The position numbers and the translations under genes are program-made. Positions 49,851 to 62,409 of a stretch of DNA of 64,000 nt are shown piece after piece. Within the stretch, counting starts at the first letter, position 1. Every line of letters starts with the position of its first letter. Origin of the DNA: Phoronis australis. Taxonomy: Eukaryota > Animalia > Phoronida. The notes under the pieces were generated by a model. That model was not told the origin of the DNA, did no database searches, and saw only the letters and a program-made list of their open reading frames with translations. Where the stretch lies: positions 173,017 to 237,016 of the forward strand of contig NMRA01000387.1 in NCBI GenBank assembly GCA_002633005.1, written 5' to 3'.

Positions 49851-50006
49851 CAATGGTGGATTTCCGGGAGGGCCAAGGGGACCATGCCCCCCTCCCCCCT
49901 AAAATTCTTCCAGATTCCATTTGGCAGTTTGAGGTTGCGAATGTCTGACGGGCTTATACTCTGCCCTGTCCCCTCCCCCCAACTCAAAATCCTCGATCCG
50001 CCCCTG
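49851..50006. mobile_element. Short GC-rich MITE with 5-bp TSD (GTTTT)
   Basis: caatggtggattt...gatccgcccctg ends; same family as 59034-59206 and 6948-7265. Confidence 0.65.
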
Positions 50007-50786
50007 GTTTTAAATCTCACATGTGTGTTGAAAGTTACCTTCAGAACATAGATAGAGTTGATGTTAAAGCTCAAGTTGTGAGATTTTGATGTTCTGCACA
50101 TTCATTAATGATGGAAGTAGGCAGACTCCAGGTTACCCTCAACATGTGAGGCTATGTCCTGTTTGTGTTCAACCTAATATTGAGTCTGAGTTTCACTTTT
50201 TCCTAGAATGTCCCTTTTTACAGTGATCTATGATGAAAGATATGCGACACCAATTGAAAGGCAAATTTATAGACACGATACAATGCGAAAGTATAACCAA
50301 ACTGAAGTGTGACATGTCTGTAAATTTGCATATAAAATGAGACTGGAATAGTGTTCAGCTTTCTATTAGAACTTACTCTTGTGCTATCTTACATTTATGT
50401 TGTATGATATTGTAACAAAGCCGGCAGTCTAGTTTACGGAAATAAGTATGTAGGTGTAGACCAGTCTACTGAAATATTAATGTCCTACCCATCCTTTCCA
50501 TCCTCTGATCCACCCATCTGTCCTTCTATGTCTCTGGTTACTTTGATAAAAAATTGGCTTTGAAAATTTGGAACAAACAACTTTTCCAATTTTCATTGAA
50601 GACAAAAATTAAAATTTAAGTATCTTTGCCCTTGTGTAAGTGACTATAAAATGTATGCGACTCAAAGCATTTTATTTGCTCTATGACAACAGATTTTTCA
50701 ATAAATTGTAGAAATTAAATTCCTTACTACAAAAATGTGTGAAAGGTGAAAAATGAAATGTTTATTGGCTTCCCTTTCCCACTCAG

Positions 50787-50854
50787 AGGACGGAGAATTG
50801 GATGAGATGAAACAAAAAATATTTCAGATCAGGCCTAAATTTGTAAATAATTAA
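50787..50854 (+). CDS. MAPK8IP3: Candidate alternative terminal exon of JIP3/4 (EDGELDEMKQKIFQIRPKFVNN*)
   Basis: Strong acceptor cttccctttcccactcag in phase 1; EDG-acidic start parallels GDGDEDE of the canonical last exon. Confidence 0.45.
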
Positions 50855-53061
50855 TCTCTGATTTACTTCATGATTTTAATTTTAAGCGACACGAAATCCA
50901 TGCTTTTCCATACAAACAAGCTTAGATTGAGACCACTTACCATTAAATTCTCTTGTAGTTTACAATTGATGTTAGGGGCTCAGAAAGAAATGGTTGTTTG
51001 TTATGTCTTCAGATCAAGCTTATAAAATTTCAAGTCACGCTGTGATGTCAACAAAATAAGGCAATTTCAAAGAGATAGCTTAATTATTCAAAGTTCAGTT
51101 AGTTAGAGAGAAAGAGAAATGAGTATTACTTTAGGTGCACTTTCACTGACGAATAGTCATGTGTCTGTATACTGTAGAGGATTGGTTGGTGTCTTGCAAA
51201 CAAGTCACAGTTCCTCTTTGGCGGTGCTTTAAAACTGCCTTCAGTGAAAAACTAAGATGAACACTTGGGTTATTTTGCTTTAAAAGTTTGTTCTCAACTC
51301 GTTCCTTACCCAGTTTTGAAGTGATATCTGGCCTATGAAGAACCAACAGTTCACTACTGCTTGAGGCAACGGCTTCAGGTCATGCCTTGAGGCCATGCCT
51401 GGAGCATAAACCTCCTTGAGCTTAATTGCAAGCTGTCAGTTCTTCCATTAAGGCCAGAAATGCCTTCTGCGATGAGAAAGAAACAAGTCGAGGCTATTTT
51501 AACTATCGAGGGGGGGAGCATTTAGTAAAAGTTTTCAGACACACCTTTTACACACATTTCTGTGGGAGTCATGGCATTTTACCCCCACAGCCCCAGGAAC
51601 GCATAATGCCCTCACATCAAAAGCCTAAGGTTCTAGCCTCTCAGTGTACAGGAAGCTTGGCTATTGTTAGATCTGCTCTGGCGTAATTAAGATTGATCTT
51701 ATCTGGTCATAAACTGTGGTAAACAACTGGGGCCTAATTTACAAAAGCTGCAATTATAAAATTCCAAGAAAATGACCTTCACTATGTTCATCAGCTAGAA
51801 AAATTAATCCATGTGGGTCTTTGATTTTTAAAAATCAGTGGGCGTACTGCTAACTGAAATCACTACAACTTTAAAAGGTTCCGAGAGCTTATCAACTTGC
51901 TGACTGCTGACTACGTTAAACTTTCTACTTCGTTTGTTTAGAGATCTCCACATGCAGTTGACATGTTCAATAGGCAGTGCAAACATGTCTGTATTGTTAC
52001 TAGGTTTTTGAATAACTGGCTGTTACTGTACAAAATCTGGTCACGGACTGCTCAAATTAGGGGGTCCCCAAACTTGCTGTAAACATTGCCTTTAAAGGAG
52101 ATAAGGATCGATTTGGAGAAATTTCTGACGGGTTCTATCCACTCCTTGAATCCCATTAGGGGGCTAGTCATCAATAGAGTCATTGTTCACAAGGTGAGGG
52201 TAATTACTGTTTCAGGTGACTAGTGTAATGGGCCCCGGCCTTGTGGACTAAACACGACTGATGTACCGCAAAAGGCATCAGACCACCTGCACCTTTTTTA
52301 ATTACTGTTTCTTATCAGGTCATAACTAAATAGAGGGCTTGAAATCATTCAGGTTCAATTTTTTCATTTTCTTTTTTGGGACATGAAAAGTGATGGAAAC
52401 TATAAAATCTGACTAGAGGAGTAAAAATTAGACTGTGGGCTCTTAAATTTTAAAAATTTGTTAAGTAATAGCGATTTTGTCAACAAAAACCGAAGCCTTG
52501 AATTATTCATTGGAAAGTAGTTTCCCGCAGCAGCTTGGGTTATCAGCTAATATGCATGACTAACTCACAATACAAGCTGTGCCTGAAAGAATGTGGATAA
52601 AACTAGTTGTGATGAAGGAATCTTGTTTAAAGGGCATGTTCAAGACATGACTTTTTATACATAACTCTTAACCGGAAATATTGCTCCAGAATTTTTGCCA
52701 GTTTGTTTCTGGTTCATAAAGCTTCAAGCTGGGTCTCCAACAGACGCCTCCTTCTATTACAAGCCAAGGGGTCGAGGTACGCTGAAATCAATAAACGCCG
52801 GGTCTCTAATATAAGTCACCTCTAAGCAATATAACTTTAGAGCACACAATTGGAGAAGGCAAATTTTTTCGTTTACCATCATACAATACCAAGTGTTGTC
52901 CTACCATAGGACCGAAATCAATAAATTTCAGGTCTCATATAAACACCACCCTCTGAAAGATGCCGGGTCTGGAGCACGTCTGAAAAAAATAAATGCCCTG
53001 GCTACTGTTAGAAGCTTTACGGTATGTGTGACGATTGTACATTGCTGTTTTACACTTACAG

Positions 53062-53177
53062 GTGATGGTGATGAGGATGAGGAGTCTTTGGAAAATCCCA
53101 CGGAACTGCAGAGTGCCACCATCAGTCGTGGGGAACGCAGTCATCTGATTGTCTGGGAGGTCGCTTGTCCTGAGTAG
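53062..53177 (+). CDS. MAPK8IP3: JIP3/4 terminal coding exon (GDGDEDEES...ERSHLIVWEVACPE*)
   Basis: cttacag acceptor; conserved RSHLIVW C-terminus; TAG stop. Confidence 0.95.
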
Positions 53178-53188
53178 ACAGCCATGTA

Positions 53189-53426
53189 CGGTAAAATCTC
53201 ACCAATTTCTGACAAAATTACTAAAACTGCTAATTTTCAAGGCCTCCTGGCATTGTTTTGAATAAGCGCATTTTTTTCAAAACATTATCTGATGGTTGCT
53301 TTGGTTTACACCTTTCACATGGAAAAGCATTAATTCGGCGTAGTATTTCTTTCAAGAAAAATTGATAATCAAAAAACATAATTTCACTTGTCAGTCATAT
53401 TGTCCTAAATTGGTGTTATTTTATCG
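53189..53426. mobile_element. MITE in the JIP3/4 3' UTR
   Basis: ta-cggtaaaatctcaccaatt / aattggtgttattttatcg inverted ends. Confidence 0.6.
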
Positions 53427-53968
53427 TTATTGATTGGGTACACAAGACACTACAGCTTCCCTGGATTCAGGGCTTATTGATCATAACAACCTATCTGACA
53501 CTAAGTTCACATGAATAACGTTTCCCCCAGATGTTTTAACGTAGTGTGTTTTCTTTTATTGTGTCCATTTCCCTTGCATATCAGTGACTGGGCATGCTCA
53601 GTATTTTGACTGTGACCTATAGAGCTATAAAATATCCAGAAAAATCTTTTTGCAACTATTCATGTGAGGAATTCTAACCAGTTGCACTTGTGGCAAAAGA
53701 CAGTTAGAAATAAGCCTTCCTATAGTTTTGCCCTGGGTTGAGAAAGGGAATATTAGGCATAAGTTAAGGCGTGGAATTACTTTAAATCCACTTCTGACTA
53801 CATACAGGATATCTTGCTTTCATTTGCCTGCAGTTGCAGTCCATAGGATCTAAGAATCCAATGAAAAAATCCTAGTCTGTTGTATTGTTACTTTGTTGAG
53901 TTTTTTGTTGTAAAGATGTAACAAATTGAAGTTAGATTCTAGTGACCATTCTGTTGTGCTTAGAACTC

Positions 53969-53974
53969 AATAAA
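53969..53974 (+). terminator. Candidate proximal polyadenylation signal
   Basis: AATAAA followed by U/GU-rich sequence. Confidence 0.45.
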
Positions 53975-54184
53975 GTTTTATGTTGGATTCACAATTGGGT
54001 TCTCTTAATTCATAGCTGAGTGTGCGGTTTTACATTTAGTTTGTCCAAAGTATCTCTGTACTGTATTAGTCAACTTGAATCTTAGTCAGCACCACATTTG
54101 TATTTTTCGAGATTAAACTATCGCCATCATACGTTGTGAGGTCTGCAGTGCGGGCTTGTCCAAGTGACAGTTAAGGGTGCCACT

Positions 54185-54295
54185 GGGGCCCCCACACAAA
54201 ATGGGCCCAACACAAAATGCAGGATCCACACAAACTGAGGACCCCACGCAAACTAGGGGTCCCACACAAACTGGGGGGTCACACACGAACTAGGA
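54185..54295. repeat. Degenerate ~19-20 bp repeat (ggggcccccacacaaaat)
   Basis: About six diverged units. Confidence 0.65.
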
Positions 54296-56221
54296 AAATA
54301 TTCATACTTTGGCTGGAAATGATGGTGACCAGGGGTGGGGTATCTTGTAAATTGTGGCAACCAGGGAGTTGAGCTCAAATTACTAGGACCTCAAGATGTA
54401 GGGTCTCAAGAATTCTTAAAGCAACTATAAACTCATCTTCTATCACAAAATAACATTTTTTATTAGGCTGCTTATCGTTATGAAATCAGTCTCAAACTGT
54501 TCCTTAAGTTAATTTATAGTCAAATTAGATGTGATTTCAGGAATTTGTAAGAACTGGCAGCTAGTGACAGGCTATCCTAGTTGGCTTTGTCAAACTGTGT
54601 CATTTTATGTACCGAACATGGTCTCGAGGAATAATTGTCAATTCTTAACGAGCCAAGAAATCAATTCTCATCTTAGTACGAAACAATTTGTGACCCATTT
54701 TACACCAGTAAGTAGTCCAATTCACAGTTTACTTCTTTGACAGCTTAATAGCTGCTAATTCTGTCATTGCATGGGTTCTGCGTTGTTGCAGCCTAGTAAT
54801 AACTCTGTTTGCATTCACTCTCTAAAAAGCTATGGAAAATGAGTGTACCATGTGTAGCTCCACGTAGAGAAATGTCCACAAGAAGCGAGAGTTAATGATC
54901 CTCTTATCCCAAGTCTCGCACCCACGCACTTTTCAGCACCTGCTTAGGGCCATGTTGTGTTCATTATTGCGTTGTTGATTTGCTTGTTCATGAGAATATT
55001 GTTTTGATTTATCAGTTTAACTTATGTTATTCGCTGTTTATTTATATTTGAATCTCTTAATTTATTTAGCTATCACATGAGTAATTAGATTTAGGAAGTA
55101 ATGTTTTGATGGAATTTGAATAACTCTCAGCAAAACACTCGTCGGCCAGAAACTTTAATGAGCAGAATTTTTTGCAAAATTTGAATAATTTGTGTTCAGA
55201 GTTTTGAAGTCATAGTATATGTGAAATGAATAGTCACATCTCAGAATTAACTCATCTGTCGCAGAGGTAGAAAAATAGTACATTGGGCATTTGACCTAGT
55301 TTTCAAAAGATATGTTTCTCATGCACCTCTGATCTGAGTGAGACAGTTTAGTAATGAACAATATATTGTGTGCTACTCAACCTCATGGGTGGAAATGAAT
55401 TCATGTAGGTGCCTCTATAAATTCCAGCGATGTATCACCAACTAAAACCTCTGCCTGCAGACACAAAATCCATAGTATAAAACCCCAGACCTGTGCCCCT
55501 AATTTACTAGAAACACGCTCGCTGGGAAAATACTGCATTTAGAATTACAAACTCCAATCCTGTGGAACAAAGTCTACTCCTGGGGATCAGTACAGGTGAG
55601 GAATTTTGTCTCCAGGATTGGAGTTTAGTCACTGCGTGTATAGATTGACCCGCTGGTCTGGTGATTTTACCCAGAACAGGGGTTTAGAGGCATTGTCATG
55701 GAATTGTTACCACCTTCATGTTTTGTAATTTTTTGGCACTGCTGCAACACACTGCATAGCAGTAACTTTTATGTTGTTAGAATGACCAGTGATGAACTAA
55801 TTTTAATGTAAAATAGTTATAATCACTGCAGCAGCCAATGAGACAAGTGCCCTGTTGATGCCAAGCATGATGGGTAATTACTGGAGAATTGTAGTGAGGT
55901 TGTAGTAGTTTGGGATAAGGCTATTGTACTTTTCTCAAAGTGTACTGGAAATTTTATCTGTCCAAGCTCATTTTATCCAAAATTTGATAGAAATGTGTTG
56001 CTTGTGTGTTGACATTTTTAATGGATTTTATATCAACCTTCACTAATAGAATGGAGAAATATCAACAAAGAAGGATGCCTTTGGTTACAGGGTTTTGTAA
56101 TTATGGTTGTTTGCTTGCACTTTTTGTTTTAGCAATGCCTATATGGGTGTCTAGTTTCATCCCTCGATGTTTGCCTGTAATGGTGGCATAACCTGTACTC
56201 TACTGTATGGACAAGGTGACA

Positions 56222-56227
56222 AATAAA
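56222..56227 (+). terminator. Candidate distal polyadenylation signal of JIP3/4
   Basis: AATAAA followed ~20 nt later by tgttggtgttttttct; composition turns CpG-rich just downstream. Confidence 0.55.
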
Positions 56228-56479
56228 TATGCTATACTATAAATGTTGGTGTTTTTTCTGGGTATTGACTTAGTACTGTTGGATTACTAAGGTCGAGTAA
56301 AAATAGACAATTACAGACCTTTCAAATTTAAATGTACCTTTTTACATATTGAAGAATGCATTACCGTATATGCCACATATCCATGTAGACATCTTTGGAG
56401 CTGGACAGATACGTTATTGTTTTCGCCGAAAATTGTTTTTATATAAGTAATCCATGGTATTCCGTACACAGGCGCATAT

Positions 56480-57500
56480 TCCTTTTAACTGATGCGGGGG
56501 TGTCGGGTTGTATCAGCCCTTGTGCACTGGAATCATTGCATATATTTTCGGTTCATCCAGCTAACCTTTGTCAATTATTTGGAAACACGTACGTCCTCTC
56601 CAAAGGTAGAGCCGGGTGGCTCTGGAGAACTTAAACCAATGAGGACGCTGTGCCGCTCACGTGGCTGACTTCTGGTATGGATGGATTCGACCTTACGAAG
56701 GGTGCTTTTCCCGATTACATTCCTTTTCAAACGAAGTTCACTCCATTTTTACTGTAGATCTCACCTGAGGTGTTTCGCACTTTGTCGAGGTTTTGCAGTG
56801 TTAACGTCTAAAGGACAGTCGACTCTTCAAAGAAGCTCCCAACGAATGGGCCCCAAATGCCAAAACCGCGATTAGGAAAGTTTGCCAGTCAGAACAGGCT
56901 GTACTGAAGCCGAATGCGTGGTGGCGGCCGGAAAGACGAAAGGCGCGTACCTGTACGGGTGCGCGGGTTTGCTACGGGAATCTCAGAATCAGTACTTGAT
57001 TGTACACTTAAACGCGAACAATGCGTTTCCTACGACATTATGCAAGACAATCACGATATCGGTGGAAATGATAAAATCCCGTCCAGTACCCCGGTGCCTT
57101 CTTTAGCTGTATGAAAACGAAAATCCGAATTAGGCTTTAGTCACCCACATAAAGCCGGTCTCTTAATACGGGCAAGCGCTTTACCGTGGCAAGAACTCAA
57201 GTCCTGTAGGCCGCGTACATGCTTATTTCCGAATTCGTAATTTAAGGGTCGACCAAACGTTGAGCCAACGTTTTCTATGTTGGGTCACTTTTGGTTACGG
57301 TGTTCTTGTTTTTAACCGCAATGATAAAATTCTGATATTGAATTTATGAGAGTAAAAGGCCCAATTTGATTTTTTTCTTTTTTAACCACTGACCATGCCG
57401 GGACAAAAATGATCTCTCAGAGCCAACTCGGCGTTGTTCTGAGCATCTCACTCGGCTGCCGGTAGAACTTACTCGTACCAGGAAGATCAGCTTTTAAGTG
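56480..57500 (+). promoter_or_regulatory. CpG-rich promoter / non-coding first exon candidate of ADCY9
   Basis: Sharp rise in CpG, CCAAT at 56636, CACGTG at 56658, consensus donor GTG|gtaagt at 57501. Confidence 0.5.
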
Positions 57501-59033
57501 GTAAGTGACCAACTCTACGTTTTCAAAGGCCGCAGTTCGCCATTACATACTGTTCAGTTGACTAAAAAGTGGAGTTATGCCATGCGCGCACCCAGCCTAA
57601 AACATAGGGGGCTCGAATCCTTCGGATTGTGGACCTTTTACTAACAAAAACATGGGGGACTAATGAAGGGTACCACGTTCACAACTGTGATTTGTGCATT
57701 CGCGCGCCTTTTCAGTGAACTTTTTTCTCATTTCACCTCGGACTTTTTGTTCCTCTCAGGCGGACCTTTTTGCCTACTACGCTATATGGAGAACCCCCAC
57801 CCGATCCCCCACCCCTGGGTGCGCGCATGTATGTATTGGTGATAGGAGTTTAGTCCCTTACCAACTAAAAGACTTTCCTTTTGAGTCACGTATGGTTTTG
57901 GTATTTTTGTAACTAACAGAAAATAGAATCCTACGGAGATCGATTTGTGTGAGAATGAGGTCTAGTTCAACTTTTGTTATTAGCTACTTAGGGCAAAATG
58001 CCGCTTTAAATATTTAACTAACACTGTTTGTGTTGACATACGTCAGGTTTATAACACCTTGTTTGTTGCAATCTTTGACAAATCCACTCGCCCACAGGAA
58101 CACGACCTGTCAAGCGATATGCCTCGTTAACAGCTACTTGGCAAAATATCAAGATTCACTAAATACGGCGGATGCACACATCGTCGAAAGTATTGATCAA
58201 CAATGTTTCGTGTACCAGATGATCATAGCTTGATTCGTTGTCACTTGCATGTGAACTGCTTTTCAACTGGACCCGGCTGCAGTAAATTACAGTGTAAGCC
58301 CAGCCTTTTCAGCAGTAGAGTTTTAAATACGATGCACAACCATATTCCACGCTATTGGTACATCTGTCAAATGTGGAAATCAGCTGTTCCCAGCATTTTG
58401 AATAAAAGGATGTTTAAAAAACAAGTAACGTTCGTGAGTTGTGGAACACAATTTCATGTTTTATTAAGATTTATTTTAGAACTTCCTAGAAAAAATGACT
58501 CATATAGCTAATATAAACTCCGATCATTACCTTTTAAACACAATGGTAATTTGTGTCTTCGTTGGTTTTGGCCGGTTGGATTGCGCCCAGCTCAAGTAGT
58601 TGGCCACTGCGCGTTATTTCCACTGCGCGTTATTTTTCTATTTTGTTGAAATTTGATTACTGAAGTACAGGTTATATTTTGTACATGTAGATCTCCTGAA
58701 TTATATTAATGGCTAACAAGAAAGTGTCATGAAGATCGTATCAATTTGAATTGAATAAATTAGTCATTAATTAATTGACGTGTCATCTGGCAGTCTTTCG
58801 TTCTTGTTCCGTGTCACAGATAACGTCTAAACAAGTTTTTAGTTTCCGGTGAACAAGACGAATATCGTTGAGGCCAAATGACCTTTAAATCGTATTTTTC
58901 CTATTCAAAATAGCAACGCCGGATTACCTATGAGCGATATTTTTTATATTTTTTGTTAAATAGCTATTTCTGGAGATTTCTTGCTTCCCCGCATTTAATG
59001 TGACGCAACCTGAGTCACATGTAACAGAACTCG

Positions 59034-59206
59034 CAGTGGCGGATTTAGGGGGGCCCGGGGGGGGGGGNCGTTTTTTTTTTTTAGTCAACAGGTCCGCATT
59101 CGAGGCCTCTGCATCCCCACAATTTAGCCTGGGCGCGCGCATCTGCCGAAATTCTGGTTATTCCCGTGCCCTGCCCCCCTAATTCAAAATCCTGGATCCG
59201 CACCTG
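59034..59206. mobile_element. Short GC-rich MITE with 5-bp TSD (ACTCG)
   Basis: cagtggcggattt...ggatccgcacctg flanked by actcg on both sides. Confidence 0.7.
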
Positions 59207-60992
59207 ACTCGACCTGGAACTTTAACAAAAAATATCTCATGATAAAGTAATTAAATATAATTGAACTGGATGACGACCTGTCGCCCGTGTTAAAAGTAAT
59301 GAAATTACCTAACTAATATGAACCACCTCTAAATTTTAATAACAGCAGACAACACCTGGTGCAAAGTCATAATTTCTACCGATCTAGGGACTTATATAAA
59401 GGTGTTAAATATAGAACGCCTGTATACTTGCTTCAGAGTACGAATGTTACAAGACTGGTGCGGAAGTGCTTATCAGAAAACCGTGAGTTTCAGGTATATT
59501 CTGTGACCATCTTCAGAATCAAATGAAACGCTCGTTTTATTGAAGGCAAGGTAAAAAAAAACTAATAAAAAAAAAAACTAATGTGAAGGAAAGACGATTC
59601 CAACATCCGAGTGGTTTTAAGAAGTGTTGATCCTGCTTGTAAAACTACCGTACATTCAAAAGGGATTACTCGATATACACCTAGGCCTATTCAGGGCCAT
59701 GCACCTATATTCGAAAACAATGCTTTGTTTCAAAGCAATTTGTTCTCTCAGATGTTTCACATATCGGTGCGCGGTGCCGTAGGCGGAATCCCTTGCACAT
59801 ATATAAGAATGTCTAATTGGTATGTTGTAGTGACACAGGTCCACAGTCTACAGCGGTTCGAACTTTGTCACTGCAATAAAATACAATACCACTGAAGGCG
59901 CGGCTTGGGCCTACTAAAGGCGCACATTGTCTCGGCCAGATCGTCCAAAATAATACAATAGTAAGATGCTTCTCATCTACTATAACAGACCTATTACAAC
60001 CATCCACCATAATATGGGGCGCTGACTGTCTAAATTTCAACCTTTAGCCACTGATGCTATATAGGACATCGATACTTTTATAACTTTGGAAAAAGATTTA
60101 TTTCCTACTTATTCGTTTTGTGCAACTTCAGAGGCCCGTGCTCATATAGACAGTCGAACCAAGACACAGATTGAGAGACCAAACCAGCAGGAGATTTACG
60201 TTTAAAATGGCTGAACGAACAAATTGTAAAATTTTGTTTACAACGACACTACATTTTTGACGATATTCTGTCCTTCAGCCATCTGAGTAAATATTGGTTT
60301 TGACTGAATGAACGCGGATACTTTATTGACGCTTTTGACATTACCTCCCTCTGAAAAAGTATGATCAGCACCATAAATTCATCAAAGGAGAATGAAATTA
60401 AAAAGCCACATAATTGGAGTCATTAATTACTTAAATGTTTATCGATAAAGATACTTTCACTTTTGAATATATTTGACCTTTAATTTTTATTCTTTTTGTA
60501 TAATAATAGGGAGGGTGATAGTTTGCCATAACAGCTCCGCCTGACAGCGGGTTTCACGATTTGTAAGCTGAATACCGTTTGGTCAGAATGCGACTGTCGG
60601 TGATTGCGGCTGCGTTGTCGCATTCATTTAGCATACAGTCTCCAGGTGAGTCTTGTGCAAGCTTCTATGATATGTAATTCTTCTCAATAATCTTTGTATG
60701 TCTGATCTGAATCGGTGTCTTTTTAATTCAGCTGTCATTTCTAACTTCCGCGCAACAACCTAAGACATTGTCTGTCGATGATTGTTTTTGACGTCTGTCA
60801 GTGCGGCTTAACGTAACACTTATTGATTTAGGAAAGGGTATTGACGTCCGATGTGTCTGTTTTGTAGATGTGCTCTGACGGAGGAACACAAGCAAGCATT
60901 TTGCATAGGGGCTGAACGGGTGCAGGTCTGGAATAATCCCGGCGAAAACTTTCATTTATTTGTGTCCCTTTTCTGACCTAAAAACTTCCAAG

Positions 60993-62409
60993 ATGGCGAC
61001 TTCCGAAAACAATGTGGTGTTCGTAACCTCCAAAGAAGCCGATGCCAACACCGTGAGTGTCGACATCGAATCGCCCGCCAAAAACAGAATACGAGGCACT
61101 CCAGTCAGTGGTGCGACTGCTAAACCGCGAAGATTTCCCATCTTGTTTGAGAGAGCTGCAAAAAGCTGGTACAACCCTAGATTTAACTCTACCCTTCTCG
61201 AGAACCAAGTTGGAGAAAGTTTCTTCCCCCAGACTCGGACGAGATTCCAGTTTGGCTTGGGATACATCATCTTTTGCTGTGTTGTTTGGACCATCTTCTT
61301 TTCAATTCAAGGCGAGGACCATTGGACCAGTTATATTATAGGAACACTATCTTTATTAGCCGTTTCTGTTTTGATTCTTATATTTACGTTCACGAGGTTT
61401 TATGAGTCCTATTTTGTACCGGTTTCACTTGGCTTGTCCATAATATTGTGTGCCCTGGTCTGTGGACAGTTTGGTCTACAGCCGTCTAATTTGTCCACAG
61501 TTGGCGCATTCACGGGCGCCATTGAAATAATTTTCCTGATGTATACTGTGTTCCCTATGCCGTTATACTCTTGTGTTTTAATTGGAGTCATATTTTCAAT
61601 TGTGTTTGAAGTATTGTGCGCGGTTTTGACTGACATGACGAGTGGTCACTTTATCGTTGGAAAAATCATGCTCCATATCTGTATTCATCTTATTGGCATT
61701 CACACGTTCATCATGTCTCAAGTACGTAAACGAAGTACATTCTGGAAGGTTGGACAATCAATCATTGCTCGCAGAGATTTACAAGTTGAAAAGCAACTCA
61801 AAGAAAAAAGCATCCACTCACTTATGCCTCCCAAAGTGGCGCGTGAAGTCATTGGTGCACGTGACACCTCCAAAAGTGCTGATGGAAAAATTGCCTTTCG
61901 TCCATTTAACATGCACGACCAGGACAATGTTAGTATATTATTTGCCGATATTGTCGGTTTCACAAAAATGAGCTCCAATAAGACGGCGGAACATCTTGTT
62001 GATTTACTCAATGATTTATTTGGCCGGTTCGACAAACTCTGTGTGGAGTGTGGTTGCGAGAAAATCAGCACTCTGGGTGACTGTTACTACTGCGTCTCTG
62101 GTTGTCCTGAGGCACGTGATGACCATGCAGTGTGTTGTATTGAGATGGGTCTGGGAATGATCAAGGCGATTAAAGAGTTTGACGAGGACAATAATGAACA
62201 AGTAAACATGAGAGTGGGTGTTCACACTGGCAAGGTGCTCTGTGGTATTGTGGGTACACGCCGGTTCAAGTTTGACGTTTTCTCCAATGATGTTGATCTA
62301 GCCAATTATATGGAGTCATCTGGGAAGCCAGGTCGTGTGCACATCTCAGAGATGACCTATGAGTTTGTCAAGGACGAGTACGACGTTGAAAAGGGATCAG
62401 AAGTTGACG
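60993..62409 (+). CDS. ADCY9: Adenylate cyclase type 9, first coding exon (N-terminus, M1 transmembrane helices, C1a); 3'-partial
   Basis: LFERAAKSWYNPRFNS, IHSLMPPKVA, AFRPFNM, VSILFADIVGFTKMSSNKTA, CEKISTLGDCYYCVSGCPE, NMRVGVHTG, FKFDVFSNDV are AC9-type motifs; CAAGATGG start; donor GAC G|gtaggt (alternative AG|gtgagc at 62413). Confidence 0.95.

Larger units (their letters stand above)
427..53177 (+). other. MAPK8IP3: JNK-interacting protein 3/4 (JIP3/JIP4, Sunday driver/UNC-16) gene span, 5'-partial, multi-exon
   Basis: Spliced exons give diagnostic JIP3/4 motifs ([128 protein letters not shown]). All introns are GT-AG with matching phases. Invertebrate co-ortholog of MAPK8IP3 and SPAG9. 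Confidence 0.97.

Noticed and set aside
56395-57114. Short ORFs in the CpG-rich region
   Set aside because: No recognisable protein features; better explained as promoter or 5' UTR.
60956-62225. Antisense and alternate-frame ORFs over ADCY9
   Set aside because: Shadow ORFs of a long coding exon with no independent signals.
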